Below, one piece after another: positions 7,993-16,840 of a DNA stretch of 21,506 nt. The notes beneath the pieces are model-generated. The model ran no database searches and was not told the origin of the DNA. It was given only the letters and a program-made list of their open reading frames with translations. Positions within the stretch are counted from its first letter, which is position 1. Each line of letters starts with the position of its first letter. This stretch comes from an uncultured archaeon. Its GTDB lineage: Archaea; Asgardarchaeota; Thorarchaeia; Thorarchaeales; Thorarchaeaceae. The stretch covers positions 216,822 through 238,327 of the forward strand of contig CAYWJO010000002.1 in NCBI GenBank assembly GCA_964458565.1, written 5' to 3'. The position numbers and the translations under genes are program-made.

Positions 7993-8709
7993 TCAATCCA
8001 AGTTTCCACCATGCTTTGCTTTTTCATAATTCTGGTTGTATATCTTACGAAGCTCTTCCTCTGATATGAGGGGCTGACTGATGATCTCAAACAGGTTCGG
8101 GGATATCCTACCATCGATTATGAGTTGATTTCCTGCTGTTTTGATTGCATCAAATACAACCTCTGCTTTGTCTTCAAAATCCATCAATAGAAATGCATGA
8201 GGTCTAAGGATCGCCCCAGCAAACTCCACGCTGACATCTTCTGCAATCTCTTTGGCAATCCGTACTACCGTATCAAGATTTCCTAGCTCCCACCATCCTC
8301 CTGTTGCAACTAAGACAATCTGTGAAACATTCACATCATCATGGAATTTTATCCGGGTTCTACCATCTTTAAATTCAAGAATTGGTTCACATATTGGCAT
8401 GAGTCTGTTCAGAAGATTCTGAAATTCTCCAGGTAGAGGAAGATAGACTGGTGTAGCAAGGATCAGGATGTCTGCATTTCTTATCTTAGGAAATAGTATT
8501 TGCATGTCATCTGAATGGATGCACTCCCCCACTTTGTCAAACCAGCATTGGAAATCTCCGATACACGGGCGGATTTTCAGCTTCTTAGCGTAAACTACCT
8601 CAGTTGATGCTCCTGCTTCTTTCATACCCTCGAGGAAGGATGCAAGAACCAACTCTGTATTTCCTTTATCCATCCTTGCACTACCATTGATTGCGAGCAC
8701 GTTGGTCAT
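7993..8709 (-). CDS. Flavodoxin-fold NAD(P)H:FMN reductase / iron-sulfur flavoprotein (Isf-like)
   Basis: INGSARMDKGNT FMN-phosphate loop; CIGDFQCW...C..DDM cluster motif; ADILILATPVY; GGGTGA RBS. Confidence 0.9.
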   Translation of the reverse strand: MTNVLAINGSARMDKGNTELVLASFLEGMKEAGASTEVVYAKKLKIRPCIGDFQCWFDKVGECIHSDDMQILFPKIRNADILILATPVYLPLPGEFQNLLNRLMPICEPILEFKDGRTRIKFHDDVNVSQIVLVATGGWWELGNLDTVVRIAKEIAEDVSVEFAGAILRPHAFLLMDFEDKAEVVFDAIKTAGNQLIIDGRISPNLFEIISQPLISEEELRKIYNQNYEKAKHGGNLD

Positions 8710-8847
8710 TCAATCTCACCCTTTCTATTTCAATCTCAGTTCATCATCCACTACTAAAGCCTTCTCTATATCATAATCCGGACTTCACAGAGGCATGACT
8801 CTCTGAAAGCAAAATTCTCAAAAGCGGTACCGTACCCGCAGAGTTAG

Positions 8848-10698
8848 ATGAAGGTTACGATTTTGTGTGGAAAGCGAGGTATATTTCTCATATTCATTCT
8901 TGTTCTTGGAATGATTCCTTCTACTTCAATAGACCTACAATCAGGAAACGAAAGGTCTTTTCAATCACCAAAGATTCTGCACACTGCTTTAACTGCTCAT
9001 GACAGAATTCTGATTGCCTCTAATGAAGACTTTGAAACTCAAGCTCTCAATGAGGGGTGGACAGGTAATGGAACTGAAATCAATCCATATGTGATAGAAG
9101 ATTTGAACATGACCATCTATGGCTGGGCTGTTAGTATCAGAAACACTAGTGTTCATTTTAGGATTCAGAATTGTCTTATCAAACGTACTAATTATACTCA
9201 AGATTCACATCTAAATACACGTGCGTGTCTGAATTTCATCAACGTTTCTCATGGAGCAGTAGAGAACTGCGAGATAGTCTCAGACTTGTACACCGTTGAT
9301 ATTCTCTATTCCACGCATTGCAAAATCGAGCATTCAGAAATCTTCGAAACAGTCATTCTTTATTATAGTGACTATTGTTCGATTCTGAACAATACTTTTT
9401 CTGATTTTGATGATACACGCAACTCAGGAATTACATCATGGTATTCAACAGGGGCTAAGATTGCCTTCAATGAGCTATATACTATTGATCTTGACCTAGG
9501 AGTTACTAATTTCATCGTACGCAATAATACTGTGCTTCTGTTCATGCGACTATCTTGTAATAATTCCTTCATTGTCAATAACACCTGTGACAGCTGTACC
9601 ATCCAGAATTCCATCAATCTAACCATCATCAATAATGAGTTTAACTCATATTACTTTACATTTCTCGGGTCTGAAATTGAACACTGGAATACACACACCA
9701 TTGAGAATAACCTCTTCAATGAGCGACCAATTCTTTATTTCAATGGACTAGGTGAATCATCGATAGATGTTAGCGACGCTGGTCTTGTTATCTTAAGTAG
9801 CTGCTATGGAACTGGAATTCAAGGCGGGAGTTTTCAATACCAAAACACTGCAATAGTCGCTGGCTTTTGTCAGGACTGTGTAATTGAAGGCAGCACAGGA
9901 TTTGAGATAGTGTCCTTCATTGAACTATTTTTCTGTAATAATACCCTAATATCTAATAATGACGCCATTAATTGTACCTACTCATACTCTGCTCATGATA
10001 GCAACAACATACAGATTGTTGGCAATACTGCGTTTGGCTCAACTTTTGGAGTTGAAGTCTTCAGTTCCCAAAATTGTATAATTGATTCCAATATATTTAG
10101 CAATCTTATCATAGGAATACGAATTCATGATAGCAGTTATTTGCTGATTAAGAATAATACAATTAGCTTTTGTTATTCAGATGGCCTAGTCGGAGATCCC
10201 TCTAATTCACTGATTATTGATAATATCATATTCAAGAATAAAGGGTGGGGTATTAATTTTGGGCGTGACTCGTTTAACAATGTGTTATACAACAACACAC
10301 TATGGGGGAACAGCCCGACAAATGCATATGACACAGGGGTATCGAATCAGTGGGATGATGGAGTTTCAATTGGTAATGTATGGGATGACTATGATGGCGT
10401 GGGAGTCTACAACATTCCCGGTGATGCTGAGTCTGTAGATCGCTTTCCTCGTGTCTACATTCTAACCATGACAACAAGTTCTGTGATATCTAGTTCTACT
10501 CTTGTGTCTACAGACAAGACTACAACACCTTCGTCTATAACAACATCATCTTTGCCAGTGGATAATTTTCTCCAATTCATTCTACTAATCCTGCTCATAG
10601 TAATAGTGTCACTTGTCATATTCATTATGCTTGTCTATTTGAGAATAAAATCTCAACTACCAAATGCATGGAGGTCCTCAACATCGGAAAACGCGTAA
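8848..10698 (+). CDS. Secreted right-handed parallel beta-helix (NosD/CASH-like) protein, C-terminally anchored
   Basis: Signal peptide; GWTGNGTEINPYVIE motif; many IxNN repeats; NQWDDGVSIGNVWDDYDG...DRFP; Ser/Thr-rich linker; TM. Confidence 0.9.
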   Translation: MKVTILCGKRGIFLIFILVLGMIPSTSIDLQSGNERSFQSPKILHTALTAHDRILIASNEDFETQALNEGWTGNGTEINPYVIEDLNMTIYGWAVSIRNTSVHFRIQNCLIKRTNYTQDSHLNTRACLNFINVSHGAVENCEIVSDLYTVDILYSTHCKIEHSEIFETVILYYSDYCSILNNTFSDFDDTRNSGITSWYSTGAKIAFNELYTIDLDLGVTNFIVRNNTVLLFMRLSCNNSFIVNNTCDSCTIQNSINLTIINNEFNSYYFTFLGSEIEHWNTHTIENNLFNERPILYFNGLGESSIDVSDAGLVILSSCYGTGIQGGSFQYQNTAIVAGFCQDCVIEGSTGFEIVSFIELFFCNNTLISNNDAINCTYSYSAHDSNNIQIVGNTAFGSTFGVEVFSSQNCIIDSNIFSNLIIGIRIHDSSYLLIKNNTISFCYSDGLVGDPSNSLIIDNIIFKNKGWGINFGRDSFNNVLYNNTLWGNSPTNAYDTGVSNQWDDGVSIGNVWDDYDGVGVYNIPGDAESVDRFPRVYILTMTTSSVISSSTLVSTDKTTTPSSITTSSLPVDNFLQFILLILLIVIVSLVIFIMLVYLRIKSQLPNAWRSSTSENA

Positions 10699-10724
10699 CC
10701 CTTCTTCTTGATATTCACAGGAAT

Positions 10725-10786
10725 GAGCTACAATGTGAATAGCTCCTCACATTCAAAAGAATCAGGACTAAAATGGATTTTTTGAA
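10725..10786. other. Two adjacent intergenic stem-loops
   Basis: GAGCTA/TAGCTC (10725-10745) and TTCAAAAGAATC/GATTTTTTGAA (10752-10786, one bulge). Confidence 0.35.
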
Positions 10787-10839
10787 CCCTTTAATGCCAG
10801 TACTGGAAAAGATGTAAATCGAAGTTCATCGATTAATTT

Positions 10840-12780
10840 ATGGAGATTTTCATCATGAAAGGGTGGAATAGATTTGTTTCTTTATCTGTTCTACTAGTAA
10901 TTATTTCATCATTAGGAATTCCAGTAAGTAATCTATCTAGTAGACCTGACTCACCTCGCACCAAACAAAATTTAGCTTATGCACCTCATGTGCCGATTAT
11001 TATCATGTCGAATGCAGAGTTCATTACACAAGCGTCTATTGAAGCATGGTCTGGAAATGGAACCGAACAATCACCGTATGTGATTGAGAATTTTGAGATA
11101 GTAATGAATGAAACAGCGATTATTATAGCGAATACTGATGTTCATTTCATGATTCAGAATTGCCATTTTGAATGCACAAATAGTACACAAGGTCTTGAGA
11201 AATATCATCGCTATTGCGTTGCTCTAGAGAACGTAACAAATGGTATGATTGAAGATTGCGTCGTTCGTTCTAGTCGGAACTCGTTGGGTATTTTTGCAGC
11301 AGTCAATTGCTCAATTATTAGCTCTTATTTTGAAGGTCCTGGTCAGAGTGTCTACATCCGTGATGCACATCATTTTCTCTTCCATAACAACACTCTGAAA
11401 TCTTTGTATCCCTCAATACAATGTTTAACCATCTATAACAACATGTATGTAGAAATCTCTCTTAATAGGATCATAGATTCGGAGACCGGTATAGGTGGTA
11501 GTAGTCTTCAGAGGTGTAAGTTCGTATCCAACATTATCACGAATGCAACATGGAATGGCCTAATGATATATGAGTCCAATGATACTGAAATTCTCAATAA
11601 TACAATCTACTGTATCAGAGAAGGCATAAGTTTAGCAAGAACGCGAAATTTCACAGTAAGAGATAATCTTCTTTACTATGGATATGTTAAGCTCTCGGGT
11701 GAAGTTGTGGAAGATTGGGCAAGTCATTCGATACAGAATAATCTCGTTAATGACCGTCCAGTTCTATACCTGAATGGATTAGATTCTATGAATTTCGATG
11801 TAAGTACTTATGGAGAGGTAATTCTCGCCAACTGTACACGATGTTTGATAGATGGTGGGGACTTTCGTGACTCTGGTGGAGCTGTTCTCGTCGGATTCTG
11901 TATGGATTGTGATCTTGTGGGTTGCCAAGGGCAAAACCTAACAACCAATTTTATCGCTCTTTACTACTCTACAAGATGTAACATTTCATATTCATATTTC
12001 ACAGGGAGCGTTGGCTGTGCATTCTATATGCATTACAGCAATTCATGCTACATCATCGAAGGTTATATTGAGAGTGTATGGAGAGGGATCGATTTCTACT
12101 TCTCAAGAAATTGTATTGTTGAAACAACTGAGATTTGGTGGGTTCAAAACGCTATACAGTGTTCATATTCTATTGGAACGCAAATCATCGGAAACCATCT
12201 TCATGAGGCGGATCACGGTGTCTATCTAGACTCAGCAGCCCGTGTCTTGATTGGCCAGAATCATATCTACAATTGTTATTATAATGGGATAACGTTGAAG
12301 GAAGCCAATCATAATATGGTTACAAATAATCAAATCCACAATTGCAACCAGATGGGTATACATGTTGATGCAGAATGCTACAATAATACATTTGTGAATA
12401 ACATTCTTTGGAGCAACTCTGTTTCGAATGCTTTAGATGATGGAGACACTTCACGCTGGGACGATGGTATTTCGATAGGAAATCATTGGGATGACTACAT
12501 CGGAACTGGTACATATACAATTCCTGGAACTTCACATTCCGTTGACCATTTTCCAACCAAGTATTCTCCCACCACAACTGAACATACAACCCCCTCTAAT
12601 TCCCCTACTACTGTAATGATAACATCGACTTCCACAACAACAACCTCAACGACTCCATCCATACCAACATTTAATTCTGGTGAATTAATGACTATTATTG
12701 GTTGGCTAGTAACAATAGGATCCGTTGGAATTATAATTCTCTTCACTATCAAGATAATACGTATGCGAAGAAAATCCTAG
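10840..12780 (+). CDS. Second NosD/CASH-like beta-helix surface protein (tandem paralogue of 8848..10698; start may be 10855)
   Basis: WSGNGTEQSPYVIE; NDRPVLYLNGL; RWDDGISIGNHWDDYIG...DHFP; Thr-rich linker; TM followed by RMRRKS. Confidence 0.9.
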   Translation: MEIFIMKGWNRFVSLSVLLVIISSLGIPVSNLSSRPDSPRTKQNLAYAPHVPIIIMSNAEFITQASIEAWSGNGTEQSPYVIENFEIVMNETAIIIANTDVHFMIQNCHFECTNSTQGLEKYHRYCVALENVTNGMIEDCVVRSSRNSLGIFAAVNCSIISSYFEGPGQSVYIRDAHHFLFHNNTLKSLYPSIQCLTIYNNMYVEISLNRIIDSETGIGGSSLQRCKFVSNIITNATWNGLMIYESNDTEILNNTIYCIREGISLARTRNFTVRDNLLYYGYVKLSGEVVEDWASHSIQNNLVNDRPVLYLNGLDSMNFDVSTYGEVILANCTRCLIDGGDFRDSGGAVLVGFCMDCDLVGCQGQNLTTNFIALYYSTRCNISYSYFTGSVGCAFYMHYSNSCYIIEGYIESVWRGIDFYFSRNCIVETTEIWWVQNAIQCSYSIGTQIIGNHLHEADHGVYLDSAARVLIGQNHIYNCYYNGITLKEANHNMVTNNQIHNCNQMGIHVDAECYNNTFVNNILWSNSVSNALDDGDTSRWDDGISIGNHWDDYIGTGTYTIPGTSHSVDHFPTKYSPTTTEHTTPSNSPTTVMITSTSTTTTSTTPSIPTFNSGELMTIIGWLVTIGSVGIIILFTIKIIRMRRKS

Positions 12781-12994
12781 GGATTGAATCAGAACTCATC
12801 ATTATGGTTAATAGCAGCAAGATTTTTGTAACATTCAAATTGGTGTGTCGTTTAGATAATTCGCTTATGGGATTTGAAAAAGCCTTGATGGATTATTCTG
12901 ATGTGTTGATTTTACTTAAAATAAGATAAATACTGGTTACGCGCATTGATATCTTTGCATACGAGTGTCATTAGCTAAGAGAGGTTATATAATA

Positions 12995-13411
12995 ATGACT
13001 GAGTACGAATTTTATGGCGGTGTATATGTACTATTGATCGGTACAATACTATTGTTTGTGTCAGCCATATTTGATGTATTTTTATTCCCACAAGATGTCA
13101 GTGTCTACATATTAATACTAGGAGCAATCCTATCAATTCTCGCTACCTATTCGGCAGCAACTGATCGTGATATGTCCAGCTACTATAGGCTCGGTCGATA
13201 TGGAAGAAGGGAATATCTTGGAGAAACATCAGCAGCTCTCACATTTGCATTTGTTTCCGTCGGAATGTCAAGTTTACCCCTCGTTATATGGTCATTAATA
13301 TTAAGCGAGGAATTTAACGCCAATATGCTTCTTGTGACTGGGTTTACACTTATTGCAGTGCTGTTTGTAGCTATTGGTGGATATCTTGCTTGGCGATATT
13401 GGAATGAATAG
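12995..13411 (+). CDS. Hypothetical integral membrane protein (4 TM)
   Basis: Four hydrophobic segments. The ATG at 12995, preceded by GAGGT, is preferred over the GTG at 12965. Confidence 0.75.
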   Translation: MTEYEFYGGVYVLLIGTILLFVSAIFDVFLFPQDVSVYILILGAILSILATYSAATDRDMSSYYRLGRYGRREYLGETSAALTFAFVSVGMSSLPLVIWSLILSEEFNANMLLVTGFTLIAVLFVAIGGYLAWRYWNE

Positions 13412-13506
13412 TGAGTCTTAAATTTTAACCAATAGTTTTTCATGAGCTTTTTTGCCCGATGGCAAATAACCTGCGCTGAAATACTACCTTATATTCTAGT
13501 GACTCA

Positions 13507-14499
13507 ATGAATGAAATTATGAGACTAGGTACGATTACGAAGACGGGCTTGGGTTTGATTTTGGTAGTAACTATACTAGTAGCTCCGCTAATCCCCATCT
13601 CTTATGTTGAAGCAACTCCGGGTGATAACGCGATTATGCTCCAATACCTCTATAATGCTGGAGTCCGAATTGAGGCAAAAGGAGTGAGGATTTACATTGA
13701 TCCATATACGCTCACTGCTAATTTCAGTGATTTAGATGCAGATGCAATTCTGATAACACACCCACATGCGGACCACTACAATGAAGCATGGGTTAACGCG
13801 CTACAGAAAAATGATACCGTGAATGTATTTCCCGCGAATATGTCGGATGAAATAGCGACACATGATGGTGTTGGTGTGAATCCTAGTGATTCCATACAGA
13901 TTGGCCCCATCAACATAACCGCTTTCTACATGTACACAATAGCTCCTGAAGGGTATGATCCTAGTCATCCTCCTGAGGCGAATTGGACGAGCTATATCAT
14001 TGACATAGATGGATTCCGTATCTTTCATGCCGGAGATTCAAAGAATATCAGTGAATACGACCAACTCTCGGGAACTATCGATGTTGCTCTACTTCCATTA
14101 GGTCCCGGCTGCCAATCGATGACTGATTATGAAGTAGTTGATGCAATTCAAAGAATTGATCCTGACTACTTTATTCCAATTCATTTCTCTGAAGGTGCGG
14201 ATGCTGCCTTTATTGCTGCATATGGTGATGATATTGACGATACAACAGATTGCCAAATCATCAGTCTTGATAATCTACAATACTATATTTGGAATTTAGG
14301 TCCTACAACGACCAGTTCTACTGCAACCACATCAAGTACAATTTCTCCGACATCGAATGTGACAACCCTCACAACAGCCACAACAACCTCTCCAAGTGAA
14401 CCCGTTGATTACAGCGGAGTGTTAATTGGTGGTACCGTGGGAGTTATTGCTTTGGTAGTTATCATTGGATTAGTTATTGTAAAACAGAGATCTTCGTGA
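13507..14499 (+). CDS. Secreted, membrane-anchored metallo-beta-lactamase-fold hydrolase (UlaG/Lactamase_B_3-like)
   Basis: IYIDP; THPHADH (HxHxDH); FHAGD; IPIH; N-terminal signal; Thr-rich linker; C-terminal TM followed by KQR. Confidence 0.92.
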   Translation: MNEIMRLGTITKTGLGLILVVTILVAPLIPISYVEATPGDNAIMLQYLYNAGVRIEAKGVRIYIDPYTLTANFSDLDADAILITHPHADHYNEAWVNALQKNDTVNVFPANMSDEIATHDGVGVNPSDSIQIGPINITAFYMYTIAPEGYDPSHPPEANWTSYIIDIDGFRIFHAGDSKNISEYDQLSGTIDVALLPLGPGCQSMTDYEVVDAIQRIDPDYFIPIHFSEGADAAFIAAYGDDIDDTTDCQIISLDNLQYYIWNLGPTTTSSTATTSSTISPTSNVTTLTTATTTSPSEPVDYSGVLIGGTVGVIALVVIIGLVIVKQRSS

Positions 14500-14509
14500 T
14501 AATGCTCGT

Positions 14510-14550
14510 AATGACTTGGATCAAGAATTTGGTCCAAGTTTCATTTTTTT
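14510..14550 (+). terminator. Hairpin plus T7 tract, intrinsic terminator-like
   Basis: ACTTGGATCAA/TTGGTCCAAGT form an 11-bp stem (one G-T) with a 4-nt loop, extended by AATG/CATT; T7 at 14544-14550. Confidence 0.6.
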
Positions 14551-14601
14551 AATAGCTCGTGATTCAAAAGAATCAAAACACACAGTGTACTCACATTTAG
14601 C

Positions 14602-15222
14602 ATGCCTAATATCTTCAGTAAGAGGGTTCTTTCAAAGTTTGCAAAACAAGTTCCTGAACTTGCACATCATATAGAGCGTGTAAAGATGAAACTCGAACCG
14701 ACAATGACACCACCTTTTCAGATGTTGGTTCGTTCTATCGTCTATCAACAGCTTGCTTACAAGGCAGCAAAGACAATACATGACCGTTTGTTAGCGCTTG
14801 TCGGTGACCTAACTCCCAAGTCGATACTTTCAAAGAGTCAAGACGAGCTCAAGAGTGTTGGTCTGTCCTGGCAAAAGGCATCTTATGTTGTGAACGTTGC
14901 GGAAGCTTTTGACAAGAATGGATTCCTAAAGAAGTACAGTACAACTGATTCTCTCTCAGAACTTTCATCTGACGAGATTCTCGATCTATTTTCGCAAATC
15001 AAAGGTGTGGGTGATTGGACGGTACAGATGTACCTGCTCTTCTCATTAGGTCGACTTGATATTCTTGCTTCAAAAGATCTTGGAGTAAGAAAGGGGGTGC
15101 AAATACTCTACAATCTTGAGAAACCGCCCTCTTCAAAAGAAGTCGAAGGGTTAGCAGAGAGGTGGCGTCCACTAGAGTCGATTGGCACGGTCCTTGCTTG
15201 GAAAGTACTAGAGCTGGAATAG
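14602..15222 (+). CDS. alkA: DNA-3-methyladenine glycosylase II family (HhH-GPD)
   Basis: RSIVYQQLAYKAA; GLSWQKASY; HhH IKGVGDWT; catalytic DLGVRKG; ERWRP. Confidence 0.9.
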   Translation: MPNIFSKRVLSKFAKQVPELAHHIERVKMKLEPTMTPPFQMLVRSIVYQQLAYKAAKTIHDRLLALVGDLTPKSILSKSQDELKSVGLSWQKASYVVNVAEAFDKNGFLKKYSTTDSLSELSSDEILDLFSQIKGVGDWTVQMYLLFSLGRLDILASKDLGVRKGVQILYNLEKPPSSKEVEGLAERWRPLESIGTVLAWKVLELE

Positions 15223-15272
15223 CAAATGCAGCACTTCTCATTCGCTTAAGAATGTCTTCTTAGGGTTCTGGA

Positions 15273-15554
15273 TTAACGTATCATAGCCCTTGTTGAAGCT
15301 CGTCCAACCTCGATCTGTCGTTCTATGTCTTGCATTCGCTCTCGGTCGACTTCGTACAATGGTTTTCTCATATCATTGAGATTTGGTACCCTTCGACATA
15401 TTTTGAATCTGAGTAGGTCTTTTAGAGCATATGTAACAGATCTTGGCGAGAGACCTGATTTTGTAATGATTTGATCAGGACACATAGGACCAGTAGTTGT
15501 AAGCTGATTTAAGACGATAAGGGTACTTCTCCTAAATCTAGCTGGCAAAGACAC
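15273..15554 (-). CDS. Small winged-HTH (MarR/ArsR-like) regulator
   Basis: GPMCPDQIITKSGLSPRSVTYALKDL...PNLNDMRKPLY. The GTG at 15554, preceded by AAGGTG, is preferred over the TTG at 15608. Confidence 0.82.
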   Translation of the reverse strand: MSLPARFRRSTLIVLNQLTTTGPMCPDQIITKSGLSPRSVTYALKDLLRFKICRRVPNLNDMRKPLYEVDRERMQDIERQIEVGRASTRAMIR

Positions 15555-15664
15555 CTTGAAGACACCTTCTAGGATGGCGATACAGCACTTGTTTCGTATA
15601 CCTTCCAAGTATAACTATTCTCAAACTATTATATAACTGTGACAATAAAAGCAATGTTTCGTTC

Positions 15665-15961
15665 CTATCGCAACAGACCTAGGCGGAACTCAATTTGTGC
15701 GCGTAAGGCGTCGACAGTAATATGAAGTTCTTGCACTCTCTTCTCGTTGATGTGGTAGAGCGGTGATCGCATATCTAGAAAGTTAGGTGTCCTATCGGCA
15801 ATTTTCCTGTCTAGTAAGGTTTTCAATGCATGACTTACTGTTCTAGGAGCAAGGCCTGTTTTCTTTGAGATGTCCTTTGGACAAAGTGGGCCTTCTGCTA
15901 CAAGCTGCTCAAGTACAATCATTGCACTGGTTGCTAGGTTGTAGGTCTTACGCATTTTCAT
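15665..15961 (-). CDS. Small winged-HTH (MarR/ArsR-like) regulator, paralogue of the downstream gene
   Basis: GPLCPKDISKKTGLAPRTVSHALKTL...PNFLDMRSPLY (DxR wing motif). Confidence 0.87.
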   Translation of the reverse strand: MKMRKTYNLATSAMIVLEQLVAEGPLCPKDISKKTGLAPRTVSHALKTLLDRKIADRTPNFLDMRSPLYHINEKRVQELHITVDALRAQIEFRLGLLR

Positions 15962-16121
15962 CCCAACTTTTTTTTCATATCATTACTGGATAGATACTAC
16001 TGAAGTATTTTTCTTCGGATAAATCTTAGGTCTCTTAGCTCGACATGTGCCGTAAAAGACTTGTACATACTTCATATATTGTCGATAACTGTTAAACTTC
16101 GTTGTGTATTAAAGGGAACAA

Positions 16122-16817
16122 CTATTTGTACTGTAAAAAGGTTGGTGCTCTCCCTCTCATTCCAACTTTTTGAAGCACATTCATCTTTCTCAATGAGTAT
16201 GTCATTTTTCGTGCGATGTAGTTTGGTACATCAAGGGACCGTGCTAAATCCGCATTTGTAAATGGTTCATTTATCTCTGGAATCAGGCTAAGGTAATCAT
16301 GTGGTTTTTCAAATAACCTTGTTTCAATCACTGAATCAAGTTCTCTGTCAACAATACTCCATCCTTTGTTTCTCCAAGAGCCCTTTCCATCTCTCCTTTT
16401 CCTCTCAATCTCGTGAGTAATGGCTATTTCAAGAGAGAAATTCTCATGTTTTGCTAAGAATGGGATAAAGACTAATTCTTCGAATAGATTGACATAACTC
16501 CCTCGTTTTGGAGATTTCCGCTTTGAGAGAACCTCACATCCATCCAGCGATTCTCGGATAATGATCCGTTTTTCAGCAATAGGATGGATCAATCTAATTC
16601 TATATTTTGGTAATAGTCGTTGGAGTTTTTTCTTCATAGAAATAAAATTGGATGTCTGAACCTCTAAAAGGAGATTTTCCCTTAATATGTCAATTACATA
16701 GCCATCAACGGTTGCTTCTAATTGATCCCCCGGTAATTGATAATACTCCTTTAGAGACGAATGTAATGACCACTCATTCAGCGTCCCAATTACTGGATTC
16801 GAGTTAGCCATTTTCAT
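16122..16817 (-). CDS. Conserved hypothetical protein, PD-(D/E)xK nuclease-like N-terminal domain plus C-terminal wHTH
   Basis: IGTLNExSLH...E..VDGYVIDI...LLEVQT (D...ExQ variant); RKSPKRG; C-terminal FTNADLARSL...ARKMTYSLRKM...GMRGRA. Confidence 0.72.
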   Translation of the reverse strand: MKMANSNPVIGTLNEWSLHSSLKEYYQLPGDQLEATVDGYVIDILRENLLLEVQTSNFISMKKKLQRLLPKYRIRLIHPIAEKRIIIRESLDGCEVLSKRKSPKRGSYVNLFEELVFIPFLAKHENFSLEIAITHEIERKRRDGKGSWRNKGWSIVDRELDSVIETRLFEKPHDYLSLIPEINEPFTNADLARSLDVPNYIARKMTYSLRKMNVLQKVGMRGRAPTFLQYK

Positions 16818-16840
16818 ACATCCATTTCATTCTTCTTGCA

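Noticed and set aside
12570-12665. ACA/ACT-rich low-complexity tracts (also near 10470-10550 and 14300-14395) as DNA repeats
   Set aside because: Explained by Thr/Ser-rich protein linkers.
12810-12888. Possible WD40 gene fragment (KIFVT...LDN / IRLWDL in two frames)
   Set aside because: It needs a frameshift and an insertion, and is too short to distinguish from chance.
14510-14550. Eukaryote-like SECIS (ATGA + stem)
   Set aside because: There is no GA on the 3' arm and no in-frame TGA in the gene body. A T7 tract follows, so a terminator is more likely.
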